Shown one piece after another: positions 12,592-22,692 of a stretch of 64,000 bases of DNA. The notes under the pieces were generated by a model, which saw nothing but the letters and a program-made list of their open reading frames with translations, searched no databases and had not been told where the DNA came from. The stretch lies in the IMG/VR virus record IMGVR_UViG_2595698293_000001, positions 160,001-224,000 of that record. One strand, written 5' to 3'. Positions within the stretch are counted from its first letter, which is position 1. Every line of letters starts with the position of its first letter. The position numbers were made by a program, and so were the translations under genes. The DNA comes from a virus. Taxonomy: Duplodnaviria > Caudoviricetes.

Positions 12592-13700
12592 ATTCTTTTC
12601 ATTAAGTGGGCTTGATGTTTTATCGGTAAAAACTGTTGTACTAGATGAAAAGAAATGGTCAGAAATGATGAACTTTGTAATGGAAAAGGTTAATCTAGAA
12701 AGCTTACTCGATAAGCCATATACAGTACTGGAACCTGACGTAGACTGTGATGTTTATTTCAGCGTGCCTGGTGTAACGGGGTTTTATTACGACCAATCTA
12801 AACTAAGTAAGGATTTGAAATGAAAATTTTAAAACTTCGTGTATCTGATTTTAGTTCAGAAATTTATGTTGGTAACGATTTTAGCCCAGATCCTCTCGAA
12901 ATGCTTGAAAAGATTCGAACTGCTGGTGCTATTGGGACTGAAACAGATCGTACAATGTATTTTCTTACTGAATCTAAAGATAAATTCGAAAAAGCACAAG
13001 AAGATGTAAAAAAGCTCTTGACAAAGAATGGTTATGTACTATATAATCCATGTACTGTCCTGATTGATTGTAAGACTGAGAAGAGAAAATAATATGTCAG
13101 AATTGCAAGAAAAATACATCTCTCTTAAAAAAGAACTCAACTCTGCTAAAGAGCAGAAAGAAAAATTGCTACCGCGTTATAAAGAACTCAATGAACTAGA
13201 TAACAACGGGTATAGTGTTGCACTAAATGACTTGGTAAATAAACGTACCAAAGCAGAAGAACGTGAGTTCAATAACCTAAGCAAAAATATTAGTGCACTA
13301 AATAGCAAAATCACTGGATTGCAGAAAACGATCATCAAACTCGGTTCTGAAATCCTTGAAGAAATCGCTAAAAAAGCTGAACAAAATTAATTTTTAGTGA
13401 TATAATATAAACATCAGTAAAAAGCTGATAAACATGGCGTCTCAATGAAGAGACATTCTATAAAAGAAACAAAAAAGGGTTATACAACAATGGCTAATGA
13501 AGTAAACAACAACGAACTAATCGATATCACCGATGTTGAACGTACTGAAAACTACATTCAGTTCCAAATCTCTCAAGCAGAATCGATGTTGGAAGAACAT
13601 CATCGCGTTGGTTCTAGGCCATTTATTTTCCACCACATTGTGACGTGGAAGAAAAATCTTCAATCTGAGCTTGATGCTCTTCGTAAGTAATATCAAATCA

Positions 13701-13731
13701 AGCCACTACGTATATGTAGTGGCTATTATTT
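13701..13731 (+). terminator. intrinsic terminator
   Basis: AGCCACTAC-GTATAT-GTAGTGGCT then ATTATTT. Confidence 0.65.
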
Positions 13732-14022
13732 TAAGTACATGTTTAAGTACATTACAAAGGTGAATTATCATGAATCCCGAATTATATTTCCTGCTAATCT
13801 GTGTTTCAGTACTGGTATTGTTTACATTGGGTCTTATTTTTAATGTATGTATCAGTGGTTCTAAATGGTTTAAAACATATCAGTACATTATGGGAACATT
13901 AACTTATAGTAAAGAAGCTGACACATTGTGTACTCGACTTCTTGACAAGATGGATGCTGGTTTGTTGATTGCAGTTCTAACCAATGGAACGATTAAATTG
14001 TTCAATGTAGAAGACATTAAAC

Positions 14023-14112
<90 letters not shown>

Positions 14113-14592
14113 ATCGCCACTTTGGACAAAGTAAAGCCGAGTTGTACAAAAAGCGTCCAAGTATTAAAACATTCAAGCGAATTGTTAAATTGGAAGAAAA
14201 ACTACGCGGTGTAGTTAGTGAAAACAAAAAACCAGAAACTGATGAAAAAAATTCAGTACTTGAATTGCAATAATATTTTATAATAAAAAGGGATATTTTA
14301 TATGAATGAAAAAATTGTAAAACTAAACACTTTACTACAAGAAATTGTAGATCTAAGTTCTCACATGGATGATACACATATTCATATGGTTGAGGAATTA
14401 TGTTCATCTGTACTTGCAGTATTTGCTGATCATGATTATGTTCCTATGGTACACGTAGAGGCACCTGAAGAAGACGGTGAAACTGAAATTTCTCATGGTG
14501 TATTTGCTGTTCGCAAGGACAATAAAATTACGATTGTTAAAAAATAATATTAAGGAGACTGCTAATAGTCTCCTTTATTTTTGGATAGATTT

Positions 14593-15479
<887 letters not shown>

Positions 15480-15700
15480 ATATGCATGTAAAAATTAACC
15501 CAGAAAAGAACTTTTATAATGAAGTATTCGGTTCTGAAGATTTAGTACGTCATTTTCCTGAATTAGAAACAACTGGCGTCGAAGTTTATTATGATGGTGA
15601 CTTGTATCATATCATTAAAGATGGTAAACTAGCTGGAGATTGCTGTTTCTTTGATGAAGAAGAAATGGAACATCTTACCATTCTATAAATAAAAAAAAAT

Positions 15701-16192
15701 GGAGGCGACTGTATTCAGTACTGAATCAATTGATCGTTGCGTAATCAGATTCAGTTAGCGTAGTATTAGCTGGGACGCGTACTTGTGAGCCGCAACCACA
15801 ACGTACTTAAAATCCAACGCGTGGAGGGTAAGCATTCTGTACTGAATAGCAGAAGGGCTACAAAAACTTATACTTCAAAAAGGTTCGGGAAGTATTCGTA
15901 ATAAACCGTTTAATCGTCTTATCAGTGCTATGAACAACCAATATATTTGTGGTGGATATTATTGGACTCAAGTAGATGATGTTATCTTTGTACGCTTTCT
16001 AACCAAAAGGTCAGATAATAAAAATGTAAGAAAATTTCAGTACTGATAGCTGGAACCTTACTATAGTAAAAAGACCTGATATGACTCGCTTAGGTCTTTA
16101 AATTATATAATGCGAGGGACGCTACGCCTTAGTTTAGGGCTAAATCGTAAGGATTGCGTACTAAACCGCCTTGAGAGTCCCAAGGCAACTTT
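15701..16192 (+). ncRNA. candidate large structured ncRNA (~490 nt)
   Basis: ORF-free, GC-elevated, many nested helices (TATTCAGTAC/GTACTGAATA, CTGAATC/GATTCAG, AAGGTTC/GAACCTT, AAAGACCTGA/TTAGGTCTTT), ends in GCCTTG/CAAGGC hairpin + T tract. Confidence 0.6.
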
Positions 16193-16342
16193 TAATTTAA
16201 ATGAATTTGTACAAAACACAAAAAGGTGATATAATGATTCTATCTGAAGAAGATTGGGGTGTTTATCCTAAAGACGAATTTGATGGATTTTAATAAAAAA
16301 TCTTGAACAAAAACAAAATAATGTGATATAATATTAGCACTT

Positions 16343-16460
16343 AATGAGGATAGGTGCAGTTGGTGAGATACCGCATGAGAAATCATAGACACCGTAGAAA
16401 GCTAAGGGCTTGGTGAGCGACGGCAAAACCCAACCGTAGTAGAAGCTCTAGGAACTCATT
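16343..16460 (+). ncRNA. candidate small structured RNA
   Basis: Starts just after promoter 16303-16332; closed by AATGAG/CTCATT; inner AGGGCTT/AAGCTCT and ACGG/CCGT. Confidence 0.5.
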
Positions 16461-16486
16461 CAGTACATTTTAATTTAAAGAATTAA

Positions 16487-16574
16487 GGCCGTATGTCCAA
16501 ATTGGTAAAGGAGACAGACTTAAAATCTGTTGGTGATATTCACCTTCTCGATTCGAGTTCGAGTGCGGCTACCA
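16487..16574 (+). tRNA. tRNA-Leu(UAA)
   Basis: GGCCGTA/TGCGGCT acceptor, ACAGA-CT TAA AA-TCTGT, long variable arm, TTCGAGT T loop, CCA. Confidence 0.92.
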
Positions 16575-16603
16575 AATCTATAGTACTTCATTAGGTAAAC
16601 AAT

Positions 16604-16927
16604 ATGTGTACTGAAGCAAGAAGATATGTTTATATTTTGGTTCGCAAAGATTTAGAACTAAAGGATATTATTGTTCAAACTGCTCATGCTTCATATGAAA
16701 GTGCAAAAGAATTCAAAAATAATGCTGATAGAACATCTATTATAGTTTTAGAAGTCAAAGACTTATACAAACTAAATGATGCTAAAAGTTATTTAAATTC
16801 TAATGGTATTAATTGGACTGTGTATACTGAAAAATCTTTAGGATTTGGAGAAACTGCTATCAGTACTGAAGCACTCAATAACGAACAACGAAAAATTATG
16901 CGTAAGTTCCAATTATTGAAAGTATAA
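16604..16927 (+). CDS. second Pth2-like peptidyl-tRNA hydrolase
   Basis: YVYILVRKDL...VQTAHAS, IIVLEV, GETAIST, terminal LL. Confidence 0.7.
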   Translation: MCTEARRYVYILVRKDLELKDIIVQTAHASYESAKEFKNNADRTSIIVLEVKDLYKLNDAKSYLNSNGINWTVYTEKSLGFGETAISTEALNNEQRKIMRKFQLLKV

Positions 16928-16940
16928 ATATAATAACAAA

Positions 16941-17016
<76 letters not shown>

Positions 17017-17021
17017 AATTC

Positions 17022-17117
17022 AACAGGTAGTAACGCTCTTAGGTGTACATTAATATAGGAATAAGGGTTAACAGTACTGTACACAAACGAGTAACCCCGA
17101 AAGACCCGAAACCTGTT
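17022..17117 (+). ncRNA. candidate small structured RNA
   Basis: AACAGGT/ACCTGTT closing stem, GTGTACA/TGTACAC, possible pseudoknot GGGTTA/TAACCC. Confidence 0.5.
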
Positions 17118-17127
17118 AAAGTTTTAC

Positions 17128-17177
17128 GGATGATTATAAATCTGAATTGACAGAAACAGCTAAAACTGTTATTATCC
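17128..17177 (+). ncRNA. 50-nt repeated structured RNA motif, copy 1
   Basis: GGATGAT TATAAATCTGAATTGACAG A AACAG CTAAAA CTGTT ATTATCC. Confidence 0.65.
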
Positions 17178-17184
17178 TATTTTA

Positions 17185-17371
17185 TTCCACAATCAGACGT
17201 ATATGGTGTAAGTTACGTCGATGAAATCCAGAACAAGATCTCTGGTACTCTAGGAAGTGGTGAATGTTAACCTAGACGGGCTTGTTAATTGGACGATAAG
17301 CAATTAATACTTGACTAGCAGGTTTAAATTAGAGGTGACTGTCCTTCACTATACTGGAAAACCGGATGGAT
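17185..17371 (+). ncRNA. candidate multi-hairpin RNA
   Basis: GACGTA/TACGTC, CCAGA/TCTGG, TCTAGG/CCTAGA, TTAATTG/CAATTAA; loop GTGGTGAA complementary to downstream TTCACTAT. Confidence 0.45.
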
Positions 17372-17380
17372 TTTTAATTA

Positions 17381-17417
17381 AAAAAGTGTTGAACAAAATG
17401 TTCAATAATGATATAAT
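17381..17417 (+). promoter_or_regulatory. tRNA-island promoter with TGAAC-N5-GTTCA palindrome (other copies ~18256, 18424, 18631)
   Basis: AAAAAGTG TTGAAC AAAAW GTTCA...TATAAT, 16-17 nt spacer. Confidence 0.75.
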
Positions 17418-17508
17418 AATTATCAATGTAAGGCGTGGAACAATGTTTACAGAAGTTACTTAGTAGCCTGTACGCCCCACGTCAAGGTAGCCGAAAGGCA
17501 AGTTTAAT

Positions 17509-17558
17509 GGGTGGTTATAAATCTGAATTGACAGAGACTATTAAAACAGTCACCATCC
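17509..17558 (+). ncRNA. 50-nt repeated structured RNA motif, copy 2
   Basis: GGGTGGT TATAAATCTGAATTGACAG A GACTA TTAAAA CAGTC ACCATCC. Confidence 0.65.
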
Positions 17559-17746
17559 AAATTTTAATTTAATAGTTTAGTATGAATAAAAAACAAATAC
17601 ATAAACATTATGATGAAATTGCAGTGAAGGTTTTTCGTGGTGAATTAGGTTATAAACCATCTGTTAAATCTAAATATTCAAAATCTTCTTCAATAAAGTT
17701 CAATCATAAAATAGAGTTTAAATAATACTGGACAATAATATATAAA

Positions 17747-18196
17747 ATGAATATCACTAATGTAAAAGATTTTTTAGAATATTTTATTAAGAATACTCGT
17801 GCACGTGATGAATTAGAAAAGAATGGATTCATCCAAGGTTACGATTGCACTAATTTCTTTTATACTATTGATAAACATGAATATTATGTCGATGCAATTT
17901 TAATTGATGATGATGGGTATTGCGTTGGATTTTCATTCGAAGATATATCACAAGATGCACCAATAAACTTTTATGCATTATATTATAATAAAAAAGATAA
18001 TATTTTGAAATTAGGATTTACTCGTGAATCAGATGAAGATGTTGTATTCGATTGTAACACATGGTTGGAACATGATTCATTCTTTCAAAGTACATTAATT
18101 CATAACTTTATGACAACAGATTTAGAGTACTGGAAAAATTGCATAGAATTACTTAATGTAATTTATAATGAACAAATCAAACAAAAATGGCAATAA
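17747..18196 (+). CDS. FQxST-motif family protein
   Basis: WLEHDSFFQSTLIHNF. Confidence 0.7.
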   Translation: MNITNVKDFLEYFIKNTRARDELEKNGFIQGYDCTNFFYTIDKHEYYVDAILIDDDGYCVGFSFEDISQDAPINFYALYYNKKDNILKLGFTRESDEDVVFDCNTWLEHDSFFQSTLIHNFMTTDLEYWKNCIELLNVIYNEQIKQKWQ

Positions 18197-18302
18197 TCAC
18201 AGGACGGTTCGGTATTTGGTAGTATGTTTGGCTGAATAAAGTATAAACGTTTAAAAAAAAGTGTTGAACAAAAAGTTCAGTACTATATAATTGACTTACT
18301 AC

Positions 18303-18376
18303 GTCCCCTTAGTTCAGTTGGATAGAACAACTGCCTTCTAAGCAGTAGGTCACTGGTTCGAGTCCAGTAGGGGATA
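18303..18376 (+). tRNA. tRNA-Arg(UCU)
   Basis: GTCCCCT/AGGGGAT, ACTGC-CT TCT AA-GCAGT, TTCGAGT; CCA not directly after the discriminator. Confidence 0.92.
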
Positions 18377-18524
18377 TACCATACAATATGGGAATAGTTA
18401 GAAGATATTCCCAATTTTAATTTAAAAAGTGTTGAACAAAAAGTTCAATAATGATATAATGGTATTATAAAAGGTTGTAATACTTAATATTAACTTTTAA
18501 GAAGATAATTAGTTATCATACACA

Positions 18525-18616
<92 letters not shown>

Positions 18617-18633
18617 TAAAATTCAATTAAAAA

Positions 18634-18767
<134 letters not shown>

Positions 18768-18775
18768 GATTTTAT

Positions 18776-18825
18776 GGATAGTTATAAAGTTGAATTAACA
18801 GCGACACTTAAAATTGTCACTATCC
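18776..18825 (+). ncRNA. 50-nt repeated structured RNA motif, copy 3
   Basis: GGATAGT TATAAAGTTGAATTAACAG C GACAC TTAAAA TTGTC ACTATCC. Confidence 0.65.
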
Positions 18826-18884
18826 AAATTTTAATTTAAATAGTACTTGACAAAAATGTTCAGTACTGATACATAAAGAATATT

Positions 18885-18962
18885 GGCCCTTTACTCTCAA
18901 GTGGTTAGAGAATCCGACTCATAATCGGTAGGCTCTGAGTTCGAATCTCAGAAGGGCCACCA
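18885..18962 (+). tRNA. tRNA with CAU anticodon (Ile2-like or elongator Met)
   Basis: GGCCCTT/AAGGGCC acceptor resembles enterobacterial tRNA-Ile2; CCGA-CT CAT AA-TCGG; CCA. Confidence 0.88.
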
Positions 18963-18981
18963 AATTTTAAAACATAATCTA

Positions 18982-19689
18982 ATGAAAATACAATTACAAT
19001 ATCCATATAATCAAGATTGGGATACAGGTTCATTAACAATTAATCCCGAAGGTCGAAGAACTGTTATTTTATATAACAAAACTACAAAAATCACAAGTAG
19101 TACTGCTTATGCACGATATTTGTTAGCAGTGCACAATAACAGATATTTAACTGAAAATGAAGAAGCTGACCATATTGATGAAGATTTCACTAATGATGAT
19201 ATATCTAATCTTCAAATTTTGACAATAGAAGAACATAGAGCTAAATCAATTGCGAATGGTATTCAAGCTAAATATGATGAATTTGTGTGTAAAGGTTGTG
19301 GAATAAAATTTTTAAGAAGACATAATCAAGTTAAGTCATATACAAAATATTGTAGTAAAAAATGTTCTTGGAAAAATAATCCTCCACCAACAAAAACAAA
19401 AAATGGTGACACGACAATCGATTATGATAAAGTAAAAGAATATATAAACGATGGATTGTCAGATACTGAAATTGCAAAGAAAATGAATATAAATCGCAAT
19501 TCAGTACTAAATTATAGAACTAAACACAATATACCTTCTAAAAAATTTGCTAATGTTAATATTTTAGAAGATAATATTGATGAAATAAAACAACGTTTGC
19601 TTTCTGGTGAAAAGAAAGTTGATATATACAAAAGCTATGGTTCTTCAAAAAATGTTTTTGCAAGATTTTTAAAGAGACATGGATTATAA
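18982..19689 (+). CDS. HNH homing endonuclease-like protein with Zn ribbon and HTH
   Basis: ADHIDEDFTNDDISNLQILTIEEH; CKGC...YCSKKC; LSDTEIAKKMNINRNSV. Confidence 0.8.
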   Translation: MKIQLQYPYNQDWDTGSLTINPEGRRTVILYNKTTKITSSTAYARYLLAVHNNRYLTENEEADHIDEDFTNDDISNLQILTIEEHRAKSIANGIQAKYDEFVCKGCGIKFLRRHNQVKSYTKYCSKKCSWKNNPPPTKTKNGDTTIDYDKVKEYINDGLSDTEIAKKMNINRNSVLNYRTKHNIPSKKFANVNILEDNIDEIKQRLLSGEKKVDIYKSYGSSKNVFARFLKRHGL

Positions 19690-19698
19690 TAGAATAAT

Positions 19699-19771
19699 GA
19701 CTCTGTAGCACAATCGGTGGTGCGATTGACTGTTAATCAATTGGTTGGGGATTCGAGTTCCTCCAGAGTCG
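19699..19771 (+). tRNA. tRNA-Asn(GUU)
   Basis: GACTCTG/CAGAGTC, ATTGA-CT GTT AA-TCAAT, G73, no encoded CCA. Confidence 0.88.
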
Positions 19772-19789
19772 CTTAACAAACCAAAGAAT

Positions 19790-19937
19790 TGTACCTAAAT
19801 AACGAGTATATGGATTCTCTATGATTGTCCCTGTATGAGTTAGAGAGATTATTCATAAGAAGTCGAGTGTATAGATTCTCAAAGAAATGATTGTTTATAC
19901 ATGAGTTATCTTAAAACGAATATCTCAAGGTACACCA
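19790..19937 (+). ncRNA. ACCA-terminated RNA with internal tandem duplication
   Basis: GTACCT/AGGTAC-ACCA ends; two copies of CGAGTRTATRGATTCTC...ATGATTGT...ATGAGTTA. Confidence 0.5.
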
Positions 19938-19944
19938 AACAATT

Positions 19945-19993
19945 GACTCTGTAGTTCAGTTGGTAGATCTTATATAGTTACCAACCAGAGTCG
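19945..19993 (+). pseudogene. internally deleted tRNA-Asn-like remnant
   Basis: Same GACTCTGTAG...CCAGAGTCGCTTA ends as tRNA-Asn; D-loop-like CAGTTGGTAGA kept, no anticodon or T arm. Confidence 0.65.
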
Positions 19994-20001
19994 CTTACAA
20001 T

Positions 20002-20066
20002 GGAAGGTGGTAATACGTCAGTATTACCTTTTAAGACCGAAGATATGAGTATCTTCCCTTCCACCA
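20002..20066 (+). ncRNA. mini tRNA-like RNA ending ACCA
   Basis: GGAAGG/CCTTCC-ACCA enclosing GGTAATAC/GTATTACC and GAAGATA/TATCTTC. Confidence 0.6.
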
Positions 20067-20160
20067 CACATTGTACTCTTCTCCCGTAAGGAGAATGACA
20101 AAAAACTATCCGAAAGATAGAAAGCCTGAAATAACAGGGTGCAATTAAATTACAATGGGA

Positions 20161-20353
<193 letters not shown>

Positions 20354-20584
20354 TTAATTTAAATGGAGTACTGAATAATGTCCAAATATGTTAATCGTCA
20401 AAAACGAAAAGCACGTACTAAGGACGAAATTCTACAGTTGATTCAAAAAAATCAAAAAGATGTAGTTATTGAAGAATATATTTTTCAGTACGGTAATCAA
20501 CAATCAATGGTACAAGAAAGTAATGGTAAGTATCATTCTGAACATTACGACCTTATTAAAAGAATTCTTTTGAAATAAACAATA

Positions 20585-20710
20585 ATACTCATCATCTAAT
20601 ATCAGTACTGATGCGTATCAGCAGGTGGCTTGATGGGCAGTACTGACAGGATACATCGTTCTCCGGTGGCGGGTTCGGTGGATATACGTAAAGTCGTATT
20701 GGGTATACCA
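20585..20710 (+). ncRNA. tRNA top-half mimic ending ACCA
   Basis: ATACTCA/TGGGTAT-ACCA, adjacent ATACG-TAAAGT-CGTAT hairpin, inner TCAGTACTG/CAGTACTGA. Confidence 0.55.
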
Positions 20711-20731
20711 AATATAATAATAAAAATATGT

Positions 20732-20811
20732 AATAATGTGATAGCTCAAATAGGTAGAGCGGGAGGCCAAAGTGCTGACTGGTTTGTGAGTTCGATTCTC
20801 ACCCATTATTA
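20732..20811 (+). pseudogene. degenerate tRNA (no definable anticodon)
   Basis: TAGCTC-AAATAGGTA-GAGC D arm and GTGAG-TTCGATT-CTCAC T arm intact; anticodon stem unpaired, acceptor bulged. Confidence 0.65.
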
Positions 20812-20821
20812 ATAAAATTGT

Positions 20822-20856
20822 AAGCTACCCTGTTATTTGGGTAGCTTTTTCTTTTT
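20822..20856 (+). terminator. intrinsic terminator
   Basis: AAGCTACCC/GGGTAGCTT + T tract. Confidence 0.75.
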
Positions 20857-20874
20857 ATATAACAAGAGATTATT

Positions 20875-21291
20875 ATGAGTAAATTAACTTTACTGAATAT
20901 TTTACAAGAATGCTATGAAAAACTTGAAAATTCCAATCCAAGTGTCATATTCAACTCATCATTTGATAATTATTCTACTTCAAATTATAAAGCAAAAATT
21001 TTAGTATATAATCACTTTGATTTATCATCATTAAGTGATTGTAGTAACATTTACTTACACATTTGTGACTACAATGATGATAGTGGGTATACTATGACGA
21101 TTGATATTTACAAAGGATATTTTTATTATAAAAATAAAAAATTTGACAATTTTGAAAATTTATTCCCATTGACTGAAGATACAATGTTTCAGTACTCAAC
21201 ACTTTATGACACATCCTCCTTGACAATGGATGAGTTAAATTTTATAATGTCTATTAGTTTGGATATTCCAATTTATGAAGCAGCATTATAA
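20875..21291 (+). CDS. FQxST-motif family protein
   Basis: LTEDTMFQYSTLYDT. Confidence 0.7.
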   Translation: MSKLTLLNILQECYEKLENSNPSVIFNSSFDNYSTSNYKAKILVYNHFDLSSLSDCSNIYLHICDYNDDSGYTMTIDIYKGYFYYKNKKFDNFENLFPLTEDTMFQYSTLYDTSSLTMDELNFIMSISLDIPIYEAAL

Positions 21292-21308
21292 AATCTAGGA
21301 GCATTTTT

Positions 21309-21461
21309 ATGAAAATTAAGTGTTGTGTATGTGATTGTGAAATTGATGAAAAGCATGTATATGGCGAATGGGATGATTACTGCTCTGATTGCTGGGAATC
21401 TGAAGGACGTGATACAGAACGTTGGGAAGATGAGAGCGAGTGGGATGAGGATGAAGAATGA
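21309..21461 (+). CDS. small acidic Cys-rich protein (50 aa; below the ORF-track cutoff)
   Basis: AGGAG SD; MKIKCCVCDCEIDEKHVYGEWDDYCSDCWESE... Confidence 0.6.
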   Translation: MKIKCCVCDCEIDEKHVYGEWDDYCSDCWESEGRDTERWEDESEWDEDEE

Positions 21462-21678
21462 AAGACCAAAATTGGTTGGGTTGACCATCAAAAAGTATCA
21501 CTATGTGGTTCAAAGAAAGTCGCAGTAATGATACGGTGGGATATAAGAAGCGTATGTTAGAAGAGTTATCATCAACGTCAAGAAACTAATATTATCACGG
21601 AGAAAGTATGAGTTTAAACATCTGGTACAGTACTGAACCATGTGAACCAAAGTACTTACAAATTTCACATGAAGCTCT

Positions 21679-21768
<90 letters not shown>

Positions 21769-21942
21769 TATGTTTGTTTTGGAATCTTTTTTTGGTGGAG
21801 AAGTATTTGATTTAGTAGCTGACTATTTGAAGTCAGAAGGTTATACAGTAAAAGAAGATTATAAAGATCTTGAAGGTGAATGCATCATTGAAGGTTATGA
21901 TGGTATTCTTGTTAACTGGAGTTGGTAATGAATAGATTTATA

Positions 21943-22040
21943 GGACATACTGCGGGATCTGTTTTTAAGGCTTAGGTACTTCAGTACTAAAACAATACCT
22001 TAGAAACGGAGTCCAAGTTGAATTCTTGGAATGTCCACCA
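21943..22040 (+). ncRNA. tRNA top-half mimic ending ACCA
   Basis: GGACAT/ATGTCC-ACCA, TCCAAG-TTGAATT-CTTGGA T-like arm, one long hairpin TCTGTTTTTAAGG/CCTTAGAAACGGA in place of D and anticodon arms. Confidence 0.6.
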
Positions 22041-22044
22041 AATT

Positions 22045-22118
22045 ACCGCCTTAGAACAATTGGTAGTGTAACTTGATTTGTAATCAGTAGGTTATATGTT
22101 CGAGTCAGATAGGTGGCA
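22045..22118 (+). tRNA. tRNA-Thr(UGU), degenerate, possibly pseudo
   Basis: TT TGT AA loop and TTCGAGT T loop; mismatches in acceptor, D, anticodon and T stems. Confidence 0.6.
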
Positions 22119-22284
22119 CAAATAATAATAGTACTAGTAAGGTTTATTTACAGTTATGGATTCTTCTTTATATTCTAGTACTATTTCGTTTTTTAATAAA
22201 CAATTCAAAACTTTATTTTTTTTAATTTACTTAGGCTGATTCATTGAATCGGCCATTTTCTTTGTTAACAAAAGAGATAAAAAT

Positions 22285-22692
22285 ATGAAAAAATTTCTTT
22301 CAAAAGAACACGAAGAAAATATTCTTAATGCATTGAGTGTATTTCCAGAGAGTGTTATAAGTAATAATAAGAATTCTACATATTACTATGGTAAAGGTAA
22401 TTGGTTTTATTTTAGCGACAGTTCATATATGTGTGTATTAAATCTATGTACTGAAGAATATTCTTATTGTTTAAGGATCGATCCTGGTCATAAATTAATC
22501 CTACTATGCGAAAAGAATGATGAATTTTATGAAAGTGATATAGATGATACTGATTCATATATTAGTGATTTTTATCTTGAAGAAGAAAATTATTTTATGG
22601 ATAGTACTGTGAATGAAATTACCATTCCTTTTAGTATAATGAAACGTTCATATGAATTTCTAAAATACAACAGAGAAAAATTTCATGACTGA
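22285..22692 (+). CDS. FQxST-motif family protein
   Basis: LEEENYFMDSTVNEI. Confidence 0.6.
   Translation: MKKFLSKEHEENILNALSVFPESVISNNKNSTYYYGKGNWFYFSDSSYMCVLNLCTEEYSYCLRIDPGHKLILLCEKNDEFYESDIDDTDSYISDFYLEEENYFMDSTVNEITIPFSIMKRSYEFLKYNREKFHD

Noticed and set aside
15701-16192. tmRNA or RNase P RNA
   Set aside because: No GGGG..GATTCGAC 5' end or T-arm/CCA 3' end; no GAGGAAAGTCC P4 motif
17022-17117. Type III hammerhead ribozyme (GTA after stem, GAAA before closing strand)
   Set aside because: The required CTGANGA core is absent
17432-17505. HDV-like/theta ribozyme
   Set aside because: P1 and a P4-like hairpin are present but I could not build P2, P3 or P1.1
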